The translations under genes and the position numbers were made by a program. A stretch of DNA of 64,000 nucleotides from Rhodothermales bacterium (GTDB lineage: Bacteria > Bacteroidota > Rhodothermia > Rhodothermales > JBHHWM01), in the NCBI GenBank assembly GCA_046756545.1, contig JBHHWM010000001.1, positions 10,682-74,681 on the forward strand, written 5' to 3'. The notes beneath the pieces were generated by a model. That model made no database searches. It saw only the letters and a program-made list of their open reading frames with translations, and was not told the DNA's origin. Positions 53,094 to 62,334 of the stretch are shown here, piece by piece. How positions within the stretch are numbered: the stretch's first letter is position 1; each line of letters opens with the position of its first letter.

Positions 53094-54635
53094 ATGGAAA
53101 CCTCCTGGTTGTATGTCTTTGCCCGACGCCTGACGCTTCTCGTCGGGTTGATGGGATGCGCAGGATGGCTGATGCAGGGGTGCGCACTGTCTGAACCCGA
53201 CACGCAGAATGTGCCTGAGTCTTCCCTGGCTGAGACATCCCCCGAGCACGAGGTCATCGTGCATTTGTTCGAGTGGAAGTGGACCGACGTGGCCCGAGAG
53301 TGCGAGGCGTTTCTGGGGCCGAAGGGCTACGCCGCCGTGCAGGTGTCGCCGCCGACGGAAAACGCGGTGGTGGAAGGGCGTCCGTGGTGGGAACGCTACC
53401 AGCCCGTCAGCTACACGCTGGACAACCGCAGCGGCACCCGCGCCGAGTTTGCCGACATGGTGGCCCGGTGCAAGGCCGCCGGCGTCGACATCTATGTCGA
53501 TGCCATCCTCAACCACATGACGGGGGTCTATGCCGGCATCGGTACGGCGGGCTCGACCTTTTCGGAGTATACCTATCCCGGCCTCTATTCCTACGACGAC
53601 TTCCACCACTGCGGCCTCACCGAAAACGACGACATCTGGGATTTCGACGACCGCCAACAGGTGCATACGTGCGAACTGCTCAACCTCGCCGACCTCGATA
53701 CCGGCTCCGACACGGTGCGGGATCGGCTGGCCGCCTATCTGAACGACCTCATCAACCTGGGGGTGGCCGGGTTCCGCATCGACGCGGCCAAACACATGGC
53801 TCCCTCCGACCTTGCCGCCATCCTCGACCGCCTGGACGGCGACCCGTACATCTATCAGGAGGTGGTGGACACAGCCCCCGAACCGGCCTGGATGCCGGAG
53901 TATCTCGCCACCGGGGCCGTGACGGATTTTCGGTACAGCGCCATGGTCAGCGACGTGTTCCTCAATGGCTCGCTGGCCCGGCTGCACGGCGATGGGTCGA
54001 TCTGGGAAGATGTTACGTGGTTGCCTGCCGACAAGGCGTTGGTCTTCGTGGACAACCACGATAACCAGCGCGGGCACGGTGCTGGTGGGCACATCGTCAC
54101 GCACAAAGACGGCGACCTCTATACGCTGGCGGTGGTGTTTATGCTGGCCTATCCTTACGGGCACCCCAGGGTGATGTCCAGCTACGCGTTCACCGACGAC
54201 GCTCAAGGACCCCCGGCGGACGCCGAAAGCCGCATCACGAGCGTGCACGGAGACGGTGAGGTGGATTGCTTTGGGGAGACCTGGCAGTGTGAACATCGAC
54301 GCCCGGCCATCGCCAACATGGTCGCCTTTCGCCGCGCGACCGCCTCGGCTGCTGCCGTGTCCAACTGGTGGAGCAACGGCGACAACCAGATCGCCTTCAG
54401 CCGGGGCGACCGGGGCTTCGTGGCCCTCAACAACGACGAGCAGACGCTGAACGCGACGCTGCAGACGGGGCTGGCGGCGGGGACCTATTGCAACGTCATC
54501 GACGGCGGCCTGGCCGAAGATACGCGGACCTGCACCGGTTCGTCCGTTACGGTGTCTCCGGACGGCACGGCGGCGATTTCCGTCGAGCCGGGCCGGGCCT
54601 TGGCCCTGCACGCGGCGGCCAAAACGAACTCGTAG
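53094..54635 (+). CDS. alpha-amylase (GH13, animal/actinobacterial-like type)
   Basis: Signal/lipobox-like N-terminus (LVGLMGCAGWLMQGC). IVHLFEWKWTDVARECEAFLGPKGYAAVQVSPP, YVDAILNHM, GFRIDAAKHM, IYQEVVD and FVDNHDNQRGHG. Confidence 0.9.
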   Translation: METSWLYVFARRLTLLVGLMGCAGWLMQGCALSEPDTQNVPESSLAETSPEHEVIVHLFEWKWTDVARECEAFLGPKGYAAVQVSPPTENAVVEGRPWWERYQPVSYTLDNRSGTRAEFADMVARCKAAGVDIYVDAILNHMTGVYAGIGTAGSTFSEYTYPGLYSYDDFHHCGLTENDDIWDFDDRQQVHTCELLNLADLDTGSDTVRDRLAAYLNDLINLGVAGFRIDAAKHMAPSDLAAILDRLDGDPYIYQEVVDTAPEPAWMPEYLATGAVTDFRYSAMVSDVFLNGSLARLHGDGSIWEDVTWLPADKALVFVDNHDNQRGHGAGGHIVTHKDGDLYTLAVVFMLAYPYGHPRVMSSYAFTDDAQGPPADAESRITSVHGDGEVDCFGETWQCEHRRPAIANMVAFRRATASAAAVSNWWSNGDNQIAFSRGDRGFVALNNDEQTLNATLQTGLAAGTYCNVIDGGLAEDTRTCTGSSVTVSPDGTAAISVEPGRALALHAAAKTNS

Positions 54636-54696
54636 CCCATGTTTCGCATACCCTGGATCCCCGGTTCTTCTCCACCTCTAAACAAACGTCTCCCCG

Positions 54697-56022
54697 ATGG
54701 ACAAACCACGGCTTAGTTTCTGGCAAATCTGGAACATGAGTTTCGGATTTCTCGGGATTCAATTCGGCTTTGCGCTGCAAAACGCCAATGTCAGCAGGAT
54801 CTTCGAGACGCTGGGAGCCAGCATTGATGCCATTCCCATTTTGTGGATTGCCGCCCCGACGACGGGGCTGCTCGTCCAGCCCATTATCGGCTATTTGAGC
54901 GACCGGACGTGGGGACGACTCGGGCGGCGGAGGCCCTACTTTTTAATCGGTGCTATCCTGGCTTCCCTGTCCCTGGTTGTGATGCCCCATTCGCCCGTGT
55001 TATGGGTGGCAGCCGGCATGTTGTGGATCATGGATGCCTCCATCAACGTCTCGATGGAGCCTTTTCGCGCGCTCGTGGGCGACCTGTTGCCTTCCGAGCA
55101 GCGAACCATGGGGTTTGCCGTGCAGAGCTTCTTTATTGGGACGGGCGCGGTGGTGGCCTCGGCGTTGCCCTATATCTTCACGAACTGGATCGGCGTGAGC
55201 AACACCGCGCCCGCAGGAGACATACCGGATTCGGTGCAGTTCTCGTTTTACGTCGGCGCTATCGCGTTTATCGGCGCGGTAAGCTGGACGGTCTTTCGGA
55301 CCCGAGAATATCCCCCTGAGGACCTGGAGGAATTCGAACGGCTGAAGAAAGAAAGCAAGGGCTTTTTGAACGGTGTGCGCGAGATCGCCCGTGATTTCGT
55401 TCATATGCCGAAGACGATGGTGCAGTTGGCTTTTGTCCAGTTCTTCTCGTGGTTTGCGCTCTTCGGGATGTGGATCTATTCGACGGCGGCGGTGACCCAG
55501 CACATCTACGGTACCAGTGATACCACGTCGGCGCTCTATAATGAAGGCGCTGACTGGGTAGGGGTCTTGTTTGCCATGTATAACGGGTTTGCCGCCGTGA
55601 CGGCGTTTCTCTTACCCTGGCTGGCCCGGCGCACCAGCCGGAAGACGGTGCACATGATCAGCCTGATCTTCGGTGGGTTGGGGCTGGTCTCCTTCTACGT
55701 GATTACGGACCCGAACATATTGCTCGTCTCGATGGTGGGGGTCGGGTTGGCCTGGGCGTCCATCTTGTCGATGCCCTATGCCATCCTGGCCGGAGCCTTG
55801 CCCCCCGAAAAGATGGGCATTTACATGGGCATCTTTAACTTTTTCATCGTCCTCCCTCAGATTACCGCTGCGGGCATCCTGGGCTTCATCATGCGCTCGG
55901 TTTTCGGCAATGAAGCGATTTTCGGGTTGATCATCGGCGGGGTGTCCATGATGATCGCCGGGCTGCTCGTCACCCTGGTCGATGACGTGGACGAGGTGAA
56001 AGAAAGGGCGGCACCCGTTTGA
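54697..56022 (+). CDS. MFS transporter, SLC45/GPH-like; paralog of 51573..53042
   Basis: About 12 TM segments. GLLVQPIIGYLSDRTWGRLGRRRPYFLIGA loop. Same family features as the 51573 product. Confidence 0.8.
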   Translation: MDKPRLSFWQIWNMSFGFLGIQFGFALQNANVSRIFETLGASIDAIPILWIAAPTTGLLVQPIIGYLSDRTWGRLGRRRPYFLIGAILASLSLVVMPHSPVLWVAAGMLWIMDASINVSMEPFRALVGDLLPSEQRTMGFAVQSFFIGTGAVVASALPYIFTNWIGVSNTAPAGDIPDSVQFSFYVGAIAFIGAVSWTVFRTREYPPEDLEEFERLKKESKGFLNGVREIARDFVHMPKTMVQLAFVQFFSWFALFGMWIYSTAAVTQHIYGTSDTTSALYNEGADWVGVLFAMYNGFAAVTAFLLPWLARRTSRKTVHMISLIFGGLGLVSFYVITDPNILLVSMVGVGLAWASILSMPYAILAGALPPEKMGIYMGIFNFFIVLPQITAAGILGFIMRSVFGNEAIFGLIIGGVSMMIAGLLVTLVDDVDEVKERAAPV

Positions 56023-56143
56023 TCAAGGAGATAAGAGGGCCGGAAGACCTGGTGAAGCGCCGATCAGGGAGAAAAGGCTGCTCCTAAAAACAAACGGCGC
56101 GCTGCGTCGTACGTGCTGAGACGCCCCCAAACCTACTACGTCG

Positions 56144-57244
56144 ATGCGGTTTCGCTACACGAAATGGGATCCTCAGCGCCATGGCCGAATGGCGACGACC
56201 TTCGAGCGGCTGCTGGATCTGTTCGAGCAACTCTTGCAGTTTACCGCCGGTGACGCTGCCGAAGCGCTCAACTGGCTCACCCAACTCGACCAACGCTACG
56301 GCCTCACCGACGACGAAATGGGCATCGGCGACTTCATCGAGGAGTTGAAAAACCGGGGCTACCTCAAGGAAGACGAGCAGACCGGCACGATGCGCATTAC
56401 CGCAAAGACGGAACGGACGCTCCGCCGCCGCTCGCTCGAAGAAATCTTCCGCCAGTTGCGCAAAAGCGGACGGGGCAACCACAAGACGCCCTTCGCCGGC
56501 ATGGGCGACGAACGCCTCCCCGAAACACGCTCCTGGACCTTCGGCGACGATCCGCACCTGCTCGACGTCACCAACACGCTCTCGAATGCGTTTCGCCGCG
56601 CCGGTGTGGACGACTGGAACCTCTCCGAAGACGATTTTGAAGTCTTCGAAACCGACCACCGGACAAGCGTGGCCACCACGCTGATGATCGACCTGTCGCA
56701 TTCAATGATTCTCTACGGGGAGGACCGCATCACCCCGGCGCGCAAGACGGCCCTGGCCCTCGCCGAACTCATCATGACGCATTATCCCAAGGACACGCTC
56801 GACATCGTCGCCTTCGGCAACGACGCGTGGGAGGTGTCGGTGAAGGATCTGCCGTATCTCAACGTAGGACCGTATTACACCAACACCCGCGCGGGACTCG
56901 AACGGGCACGCGATATTCTCCGCCGCCGTAAAAATCGCAACAAGCAAATCTTCCTGATCACCGACGGCAAGCCGAGTTGCCATTACGAGAACGGGCGGAT
57001 GTATCGCAACGCCTTCGGCCTGGATCGGCGCATCGTCAACAAGGTGCTGGACGAGGCCGTCATCTGCCGCCGCGAGGGAATCACGATCACCACGTTTATG
57101 ATCGCTCGCGATCCGTATTTGCAAAATTTCGTGCGCCAGCTTACCGAGGCCAACCAGGGCCGTGCCTATTATTCCAGCCTCGACAAGCTGGGCGAGTTTA
57201 TTTTTGAGGATTATCTTCGCAACCGGCGCAAACGGATGCGGTGA
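56144..57244 (+). CDS. vWA domain-containing protein (CoxE/YeaD-like)
   Basis: Helical N-terminal region, then a vWA fold with MIDAS-like LMIDLSHSM...TN...ITDGKPS. No MoxR-type AAA partner is adjacent in this window. Confidence 0.75.
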   Translation: MRFRYTKWDPQRHGRMATTFERLLDLFEQLLQFTAGDAAEALNWLTQLDQRYGLTDDEMGIGDFIEELKNRGYLKEDEQTGTMRITAKTERTLRRRSLEEIFRQLRKSGRGNHKTPFAGMGDERLPETRSWTFGDDPHLLDVTNTLSNAFRRAGVDDWNLSEDDFEVFETDHRTSVATTLMIDLSHSMILYGEDRITPARKTALALAELIMTHYPKDTLDIVAFGNDAWEVSVKDLPYLNVGPYYTNTRAGLERARDILRRRKNRNKQIFLITDGKPSCHYENGRMYRNAFGLDRRIVNKVLDEAVICRREGITITTFMIARDPYLQNFVRQLTEANQGRAYYSSLDKLGEFIFEDYLRNRRKRMR

Positions 57245-57305
57245 TGGGTGCGTAATAGGGGCGATTAGCCCATCGTTCCGCCCTTGCCAGGATCGACATC
57301 ATACG

Positions 57306-58094
57306 ATGCCTCAGCCGATTTTTCCCAAAAAAAGCCTCGGCCAGAACTTTCTGACCGACCCCAACACGGCGCGCAAGATTGTGGCGGCGTTGCGCGCGCC
57401 GGAGGAGGGACCCGTGGTCGAGATCGGGCCGGGCACCGGGGCGCTGACCGGCCTGTTGATGAGCCGTTTTTCGACCGTCACGGCGCTGGAAATCGACCAG
57501 CGTGCCGTGGCCCATCTCCAGGCGCAGTATCCCTCCCTCGACGCGCGGCACGCCGATGTGCTCGCGGTGGACTGGGCGGGGCTGGCAGCGGAGAAGGGGG
57601 GCGCGCTCTACGTGATCGGCAATTTGCCCTATTACATCACCAGCCAGATTCTATTCGGGTTGTTGGAGAGCAAGCCCCATGTGCGCGAGGCCGTCCTGAT
57701 GATGCAGGTAGAGGTGGCGCAGCGGCTGGTGGCGGTGCCGCGTACCAAGGAATACGGCATCTTGAGCGTGCTCGTTCAATTGCATGCCCGCCCGGAGTTA
57801 CTCTTCCGCGTCTCGCGTCATGTTTTCTATCCCAAACCGGATGTGACGAGCGCGGTTATTCGGCTGGTCTTTGAGGGGATGGAGGAGCCCGAGCCGGATG
57901 TGGACCCTGCCTTTCTGCGCAAGGTCGTTCGCACGGCGTTCAACCAGCGCCGCAAAATCCTGCACAACAGCCTGCATCCCTGGACCCGAGAGCGTGGCAT
58001 CGATCTGCCCCAGGATTGGCGTGGCCGACGAGCGGAAGAACTTTCGCCGCCTGCGTTTGTCGCGTTGGCGCGCTATCTTCAGGAGCGCCTTTAG
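57306..58094 (+). CDS. rsmA: 16S rRNA (adenine1518-N6/adenine1519-N6)-dimethyltransferase
   Basis: Internal ATG (MPQPIFPKKSLGQNFLTDPNTARKIV...). EIGPGTGALT motif I, GNLPYYITS, AFNQRRK. Confidence 0.9.
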   Translation: MPQPIFPKKSLGQNFLTDPNTARKIVAALRAPEEGPVVEIGPGTGALTGLLMSRFSTVTALEIDQRAVAHLQAQYPSLDARHADVLAVDWAGLAAEKGGALYVIGNLPYYITSQILFGLLESKPHVREAVLMMQVEVAQRLVAVPRTKEYGILSVLVQLHARPELLFRVSRHVFYPKPDVTSAVIRLVFEGMEEPEPDVDPAFLRKVVRTAFNQRRKILHNSLHPWTRERGIDLPQDWRGRRAEELSPPAFVALARYLQERL

Positions 58095-58132
58095 TGTGTT
58101 GAATGATTCTTTATCTTTGGTTCGGAGTCTGC

Positions 58133-58193
58133 GCTTCGTGTCTAGGGTAGATATCGTGTGAGACGGCCAGATACAACGGGTTCCTCACGAAGC
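58133..58193 (+). other. long-range stem-loop in the rsmA-mgtE intergenic region (leader or terminator structure, unclassified)
   Basis: GCTTCGTG (58133-58140) pairs perfectly with CACGAAGC (58186-58193), enclosing 45 nt. Lies 35 nt upstream of the mgtE ATG. Confidence 0.3.
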
Positions 58194-58227
58194 CACGCCG
58201 ACGGACGTAGTAAACTTCAGATGGACT

Positions 58228-59661
58228 ATGACCAAACCTTCCGCCGCAAAGCACGACAAGGAACGCCCCGGCGTGTTGCTCGAGGTCGATGAGCAATTGA
58301 CCGAAGATATCTCGGCGCTGCTCGATGCCGGGCAGCGTGGAATGGTGCTCAACCTGGTGGCCGATCTGTACCCGGCAGACCTGGCCCGGTTGCTCAGCCA
58401 CCTGCCTCGCGATGAAGCCAAACAGCTTTTCCAGTGGCTTTCGCCCGAGATCGGGGCCGATGTGGTCGTCGATCTCGACGATGCGTTCCGGGCCGACCTG
58501 CTCGAAGAGGAACCTCCCGAGCGGCTCACGGAACTGATCGATGAACTCGACACGGACGACGCTGCCGACGTGTTGGCCGATCTCTCCAAAGAGATTGCCT
58601 CGCAGGTGTTGCCCGAGTTGGAGGATGCCGAAGAGGTGCGCGAACTGCTCGCCTACGACGAGGAGACGGCGGGCGGCATCATGGCGACCGAGTTGGTGGC
58701 CGTGCCACCGACCTGGACCGTGGCCGAAGCCACCGAAGAAGTGCGACGTAATGCCGAGACCGTCGAGGAAATCTTTGCGGTGTTCGTCGTGGATGAGGGC
58801 GAGAAGCTGGTGGGTGTCGTTACTCTCAAACGGTTGCTGCTCTCACAGGCCGAGTCGCTCATCGGCGGCATCATGAAGACGGATGTGATCTCGGTTCCGA
58901 CGGAGATCGACCAGGAGGAAGTGGCTCGCGTTATGGAACGCTACGACCTCGTCTCGCTCCCCGTCATCGACGCCGACGATTGCCTCGTCGGGCGCATCAC
59001 CATCGACGACGTGGTGGACGTGATCCGCGAGGAGGCCGAGGAAGATATCCAGCGCATGAGCGGTATCACCGGTGACGAAGAACCGACCGACTCGGTGTGG
59101 CGCATCACGCGAGGCCGCTTGCCCTGGTTGATGCTGGGCATGGTAGGGGCCGGGCTCGCCGGGACGGTGATCGGGTCGTTCGAGGAAGATCTCGGAAAGT
59201 TGCCGGTGCTGGCGGCCTTCATCCCTGTGGTGATGGCCATGGCAGGCAATGCCGGGATTCAGAGTTCGGCGATCATCGTGCAGGGGTTGGCCTCGGGCGA
59301 TGTGTGGTCGAGCGACATCATGCGCCGATTGGGGAAAGAAACCGTCGTAGCCCTCATTAACGGCGTGGCGCTGGCCATTATGATCGCCTTCTTCGTGTAC
59401 GTCGTATTTGTTGGACTCGCCGGCCTGTTCGCCTGGATTCCCGAGGTGGACTCGCCCGACAGGCTGGCGTTGACAGCCGGGCTGTCCCTGTTTGTCGTCA
59501 TTCTGCTTGCTACTTGCATCGGAACGACGGTTCCCCTCCTTCTGAATCGCTTCGACATCGACCCGGCGATTGCTACCGGGCCGTTCATCACCACCAGCAA
59601 CGACATCATCGGCCTGATCGTTTTCTTCGGGCTGACAGCGATGATTTATTTGCCCGATTGA
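58228..59661 (+). CDS. mgtE: magnesium transporter MgtE
   Basis: MgtE_N region, two CBS domains (IMATELVAV..., IMKTDVISV...) and a C-terminal 5-TM MgtE channel domain (PWLMLGMVGAG...AGNAGIQS...ATGPFITTSNDIIGL). Confidence 0.9.
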   Translation: MTKPSAAKHDKERPGVLLEVDEQLTEDISALLDAGQRGMVLNLVADLYPADLARLLSHLPRDEAKQLFQWLSPEIGADVVVDLDDAFRADLLEEEPPERLTELIDELDTDDAADVLADLSKEIASQVLPELEDAEEVRELLAYDEETAGGIMATELVAVPPTWTVAEATEEVRRNAETVEEIFAVFVVDEGEKLVGVVTLKRLLLSQAESLIGGIMKTDVISVPTEIDQEEVARVMERYDLVSLPVIDADDCLVGRITIDDVVDVIREEAEEDIQRMSGITGDEEPTDSVWRITRGRLPWLMLGMVGAGLAGTVIGSFEEDLGKLPVLAAFIPVVMAMAGNAGIQSSAIIVQGLASGDVWSSDIMRRLGKETVVALINGVALAIMIAFFVYVVFVGLAGLFAWIPEVDSPDRLALTAGLSLFVVILLATCIGTTVPLLLNRFDIDPAIATGPFITTSNDIIGLIVFFGLTAMIYLPD

Positions 59662-59672
59662 GCCGCCGGGAT

Positions 59673-59705
59673 GCCTTTTAAAGAAAGGCGACCACGCCGT
59701 CGCCT
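59673..59705. terminator. two alternative short hairpins between convergent mgtE and DUF1499 genes
   Basis: GCCTTT/AAAGGC (59673-59689, 5-nt loop), or AGGCGAC/GTCGCCT (59686-59705, 6-nt loop). Weak; no clear U-tract. Confidence 0.3.
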
Positions 59706-59734
59706 ATTCGCCCGTCCAGGGCGTAGGAACCGCA

Positions 59735-60079
59735 TTATTGATCAGGCAAGGCCCGGAAAAACTGCCTGACGCGTCGCCGGTTGACGCCCAGGTCGCTGTA
59801 GCCGACGCGGCTGGCGCTGCGGATGTGCAGGACGGATCCGTCCGCGTGCGGTTCGATGACGAGCGCCACATCGTCTTTGAACACCAGGGCTGTAAAGACG
59901 GCGTCGATGCGGCGCGTTTCGGGATGGACCCGTAGTTGCGAGGCTCCAATCGTATGGAGCGCGGTCCGCGCTTGTTCGAACAGCGTGGTAGCGTCCGTTC
60001 CGAAATAATGCGTTTCGCGGACGCAATTAGGCGTACCGGGACAGGGCGGGAGCGGGCTCTCCGGGAGGGTGTGATCCAT
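59735..60079 (-). CDS. DUF1499-like small protein
   Basis: 114 aa. PPCPGTPNCV...AVFTALVFKDDVALVIE...LHIRSASRVGYSDLGVNRRRV matches the DUF1499 pattern as I remember it. Confidence 0.7.
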   Translation of the reverse strand: MDHTLPESPLPPCPGTPNCVRETHYFGTDATTLFEQARTALHTIGASQLRVHPETRRIDAVFTALVFKDDVALVIEPHADGSVLHIRSASRVGYSDLGVNRRRVRQFFRALPDQ

Positions 60080-60132
60080 CAGGACGGCCCCGCGTCAGGT
60101 AAGGCCGGAGGGCAGGCTGGATACGGCCTGCC

Positions 60133-60531
60133 TCACGTACCCGGCTGATTGGCTTGTTGCAGGCCGCGCTCGTCGTTGTACTTCGAGGGGCACTTCATCA
60201 GAATGTTGTCTGCGATGAAGATGTCGCCTTTCACATATCCCTCGACCACGAGTTTCTCGGCATCTTCGAAGCTGGCCGGTCTGGGGTTGGAATACTGAAC
60301 CTGGCGCACGACGCCCTGGTTGTCTCGCATGTAGAAGCTGAAGAGGTTTTGTGCGGGGTCGTAGTTGGTGGCTTGCTCTTTGACCCAGTGCCCGGAGACG
60401 TGGGCTTTGGCCCCTGTCTGGGCGGCTTCTTCGAAGTTCATGTAGCCGCCTACCTGCTTTCCGAAGTTCAGGAAAAGGATCGAGGCGAACCCGACCATAA
60501 GAACGAGGCCGATGATGGTTTTAGGCTTCAT
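60133..60531 (-). CDS. ccmE: cytochrome c maturation heme chaperone CcmE (CxxxY variant)
   Basis: Internal ATG (MKPKTIIGLVLMVGFASILF...). OB-fold body with a C-terminal LMKCPSKY that aligns to the E. coli LAKHDENY heme-binding motif. Confidence 0.85.
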   Translation of the reverse strand: MKPKTIIGLVLMVGFASILFLNFGKQVGGYMNFEEAAQTGAKAHVSGHWVKEQATNYDPAQNLFSFYMRDNQGVVRQVQYSNPRPASFEDAEKLVVEGYVKGDIFIADNILMKCPSKYNDERGLQQANQPGT

Positions 60532-60592
60532 GGCGTAGTGTGTTTGGATGTCGAAGGTCGTGTATATACACGGGGAAGGATCCCCGCCACAA

Positions 60593-60859
60593 TCAGGTTT
60601 CTTCCGGTTCCGGGGCGATGCGTTCATCCATCATGCGTTCCAGATGGCGGAGCTTACGATCCGTCCGAAGGATGAAGAGGGCGATACCGGCCCAGATGAT
60701 CAGCACAACGATCAGCACGGTGTAGATTTTGCCCTGGCCCAGCATGAACTGTTCCAGCCCGTCGGCTGCCTGGAGCGGCGTATTGGGGTTGGCCCAGATG
60801 CTGTCGTAGGCCGTCGCAGTGGTCTGCGTGGTGTCGGCTATTTCTTGGAACGGAGTCAT
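60593..60859 (-). CDS. ccmD: CcmD-like small membrane protein
   Basis: ATG at 60859 (the track start at 60874 is TTG). Single TM segment IYTVLIVVLIIWAGIALFIL followed by a basic/acidic tail. Position between ccmC and ccmE. The N-terminal extension is longer than in classical CcmD. Confidence 0.5.
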   Translation of the reverse strand: MTPFQEIADTTQTTATAYDSIWANPNTPLQAADGLEQFMLGQGKIYTVLIVVLIIWAGIALFILRTDRKLRHLERMMDERIAPEPEET

Positions 60860-60883
60860 AGGTCGTAAGGACAAGGATCGAGA

Positions 60884-61606
60884 CTACAGATCAGGCGTGT
60901 CGAGCGTGTCGAGGCGTTGCTGGATAAGCGCCGCGCGAACGCGTTGCGTATAGAGCACCCAGAACAGCCCGATAAAGCCGATGATCGCCGGGTAGAAGAT
61001 GAGGCGCATGATCGGGTGCGTGATTTCACTGAAGGCCGGATTGCCCTCGGCACCGGGATGCAGGCTGTCCATCTGGCGCGGCAGCACGTAGAGCAAAAAC
61101 GGTACCGTCGCCACGGCAAACAGGTTGTAGACCGCCGCAATACGGGCGCGTTTCTCCGGGTCGTCGAGCGTCGAGCGCAGCACGAAGTACGCGCCGTAGA
61201 TCAACACCTCGATGGCCGCCATCGACTGGCGCGGGTCGAAATTCCACCACAGGTCGGTACCCTCGTACCAGGTGACATGCGACCAGACGCTGCCCGTGAC
61301 CAGGCCGAGGATTCCGAAGACCGTGGCCAGCAGGGCCGCTTCTCTCGCGCGCGTGTCGCGGATCAACCGCTCCGACCGGAGGTAGCGATACGAATGGAAG
61401 GCCGAGACGATGGTGGCCGCCATCATCGCAAACCACATCGGCACGTGGAAGTACAGGTTGCGCGCCGTGTGTTCGAGGATGCTGATGCGCGGAATCTTGA
61501 GTAGAAACGCAGCGAACAGCACGACCGTCAACCACACAATCACCACAAGACGGATCGTGCGATACCGGGGCAGGTTGACTGCGGCAGAACGGGTATCAGA
61601 GGCCAT
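60884..61606 (-). CDS. ccmC: heme exporter protein C
   Basis: ATG at 61606 (MASDTRSAAV...). Polytopic, with a Trp-rich motif VWSHVTWYEGTDLWWNFDPRQ (WxWDPR-like) and flanking His residues. Confidence 0.85.
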   Translation of the reverse strand: MASDTRSAAVNLPRYRTIRLVVIVWLTVVLFAAFLLKIPRISILEHTARNLYFHVPMWFAMMAATIVSAFHSYRYLRSERLIRDTRAREAALLATVFGILGLVTGSVWSHVTWYEGTDLWWNFDPRQSMAAIEVLIYGAYFVLRSTLDDPEKRARIAAVYNLFAVATVPFLLYVLPRQMDSLHPGAEGNPAFSEITHPIMRLIFYPAIIGFIGLFWVLYTQRVRAALIQQRLDTLDTPDL

Positions 61607-61629
61607 AGGCGATGGTGATGTCAAAAGAA

Positions 61630-62301
61630 TCAATCGTTCCAGACGTAGTCGAACAGCAGCACCGAGGCTGTGATGACCACGCCCGCAAATCCGGATAGAG
61701 CGAGCAATGCATCGATGGAGGCTTCCCAGCCGAGCCCGTTCGGCAAGGCGTTGCGGGTGACGCTGACCACCGACAGCAAGAGCGGGATCAGCAACGGAAA
61801 CAGCAGCACCGGAAGCAGGGGGCCCCGGTTGGCCGTCCGCGCAATGATCGCCGCCAGCAGCGTTGTGGCTCCCGACAGGCCCAGTGCGCCCAGCACCAGG
61901 GCGAGCAGCAGCAGGCCCGGCAACAGCACTTCTACGTTCAAAAGTACTAAAAAGGCTCCCACTGCAACGACATTCAGGGCCAAAACTAACAGGAAGTTAA
62001 AAAGAAGCTTCCCGGCATAGACCATGCTGCCCCGTGTGTTGAGTTGCAACAGGAGCACCGTGCCGCGTTCTTCTTCGGCCACAAAGGCGCGTCCCAGGCC
62101 GATAGAGGCCGAAAAAAGGATCACCACCCATAAGAGCGCCGCCTGCACCCGTTCGCTTACCGACTCCTGGCCGATGGCAAACGTCACCAACAGTAACGAG
62201 GCCAGCACGAACATCAAGAGCATGTTGATCGCATAGCGGCTCCGCAATTCGAGCTTCAGGTCCTTATAAAAGACGGCCCATGTGCCGTGAAACCAATCCA
62301 T
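61630..62301 (-). CDS. ccmB: heme exporter protein B
   Basis: 223 aa, six TM segments. N-terminus FYKDLKLELRSRYAINMLLMF is typical of CcmB. Confidence 0.85.
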   Translation of the reverse strand: MDWFHGTWAVFYKDLKLELRSRYAINMLLMFVLASLLLVTFAIGQESVSERVQAALLWVVILFSASIGLGRAFVAEEERGTVLLLQLNTRGSMVYAGKLLFNFLLVLALNVVAVGAFLVLLNVEVLLPGLLLLALVLGALGLSGATTLLAAIIARTANRGPLLPVLLFPLLIPLLLSVVSVTRNALPNGLGWEASIDALLALSGFAGVVITASVLLFDYVWND

Positions 62302-62334
62302 GATGTCTGACTGTTGGTGGGAAGTCTTGTATGC

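Noticed and set aside
58095-58227. M-box (ykoK) Mg riboswitch upstream of mgtE.
   Set aside because: The intergenic region is shorter than a typical M-box, and I could not find its conserved segments by eye. It is kept only as an unclassified hairpin and needs cmscan to settle.
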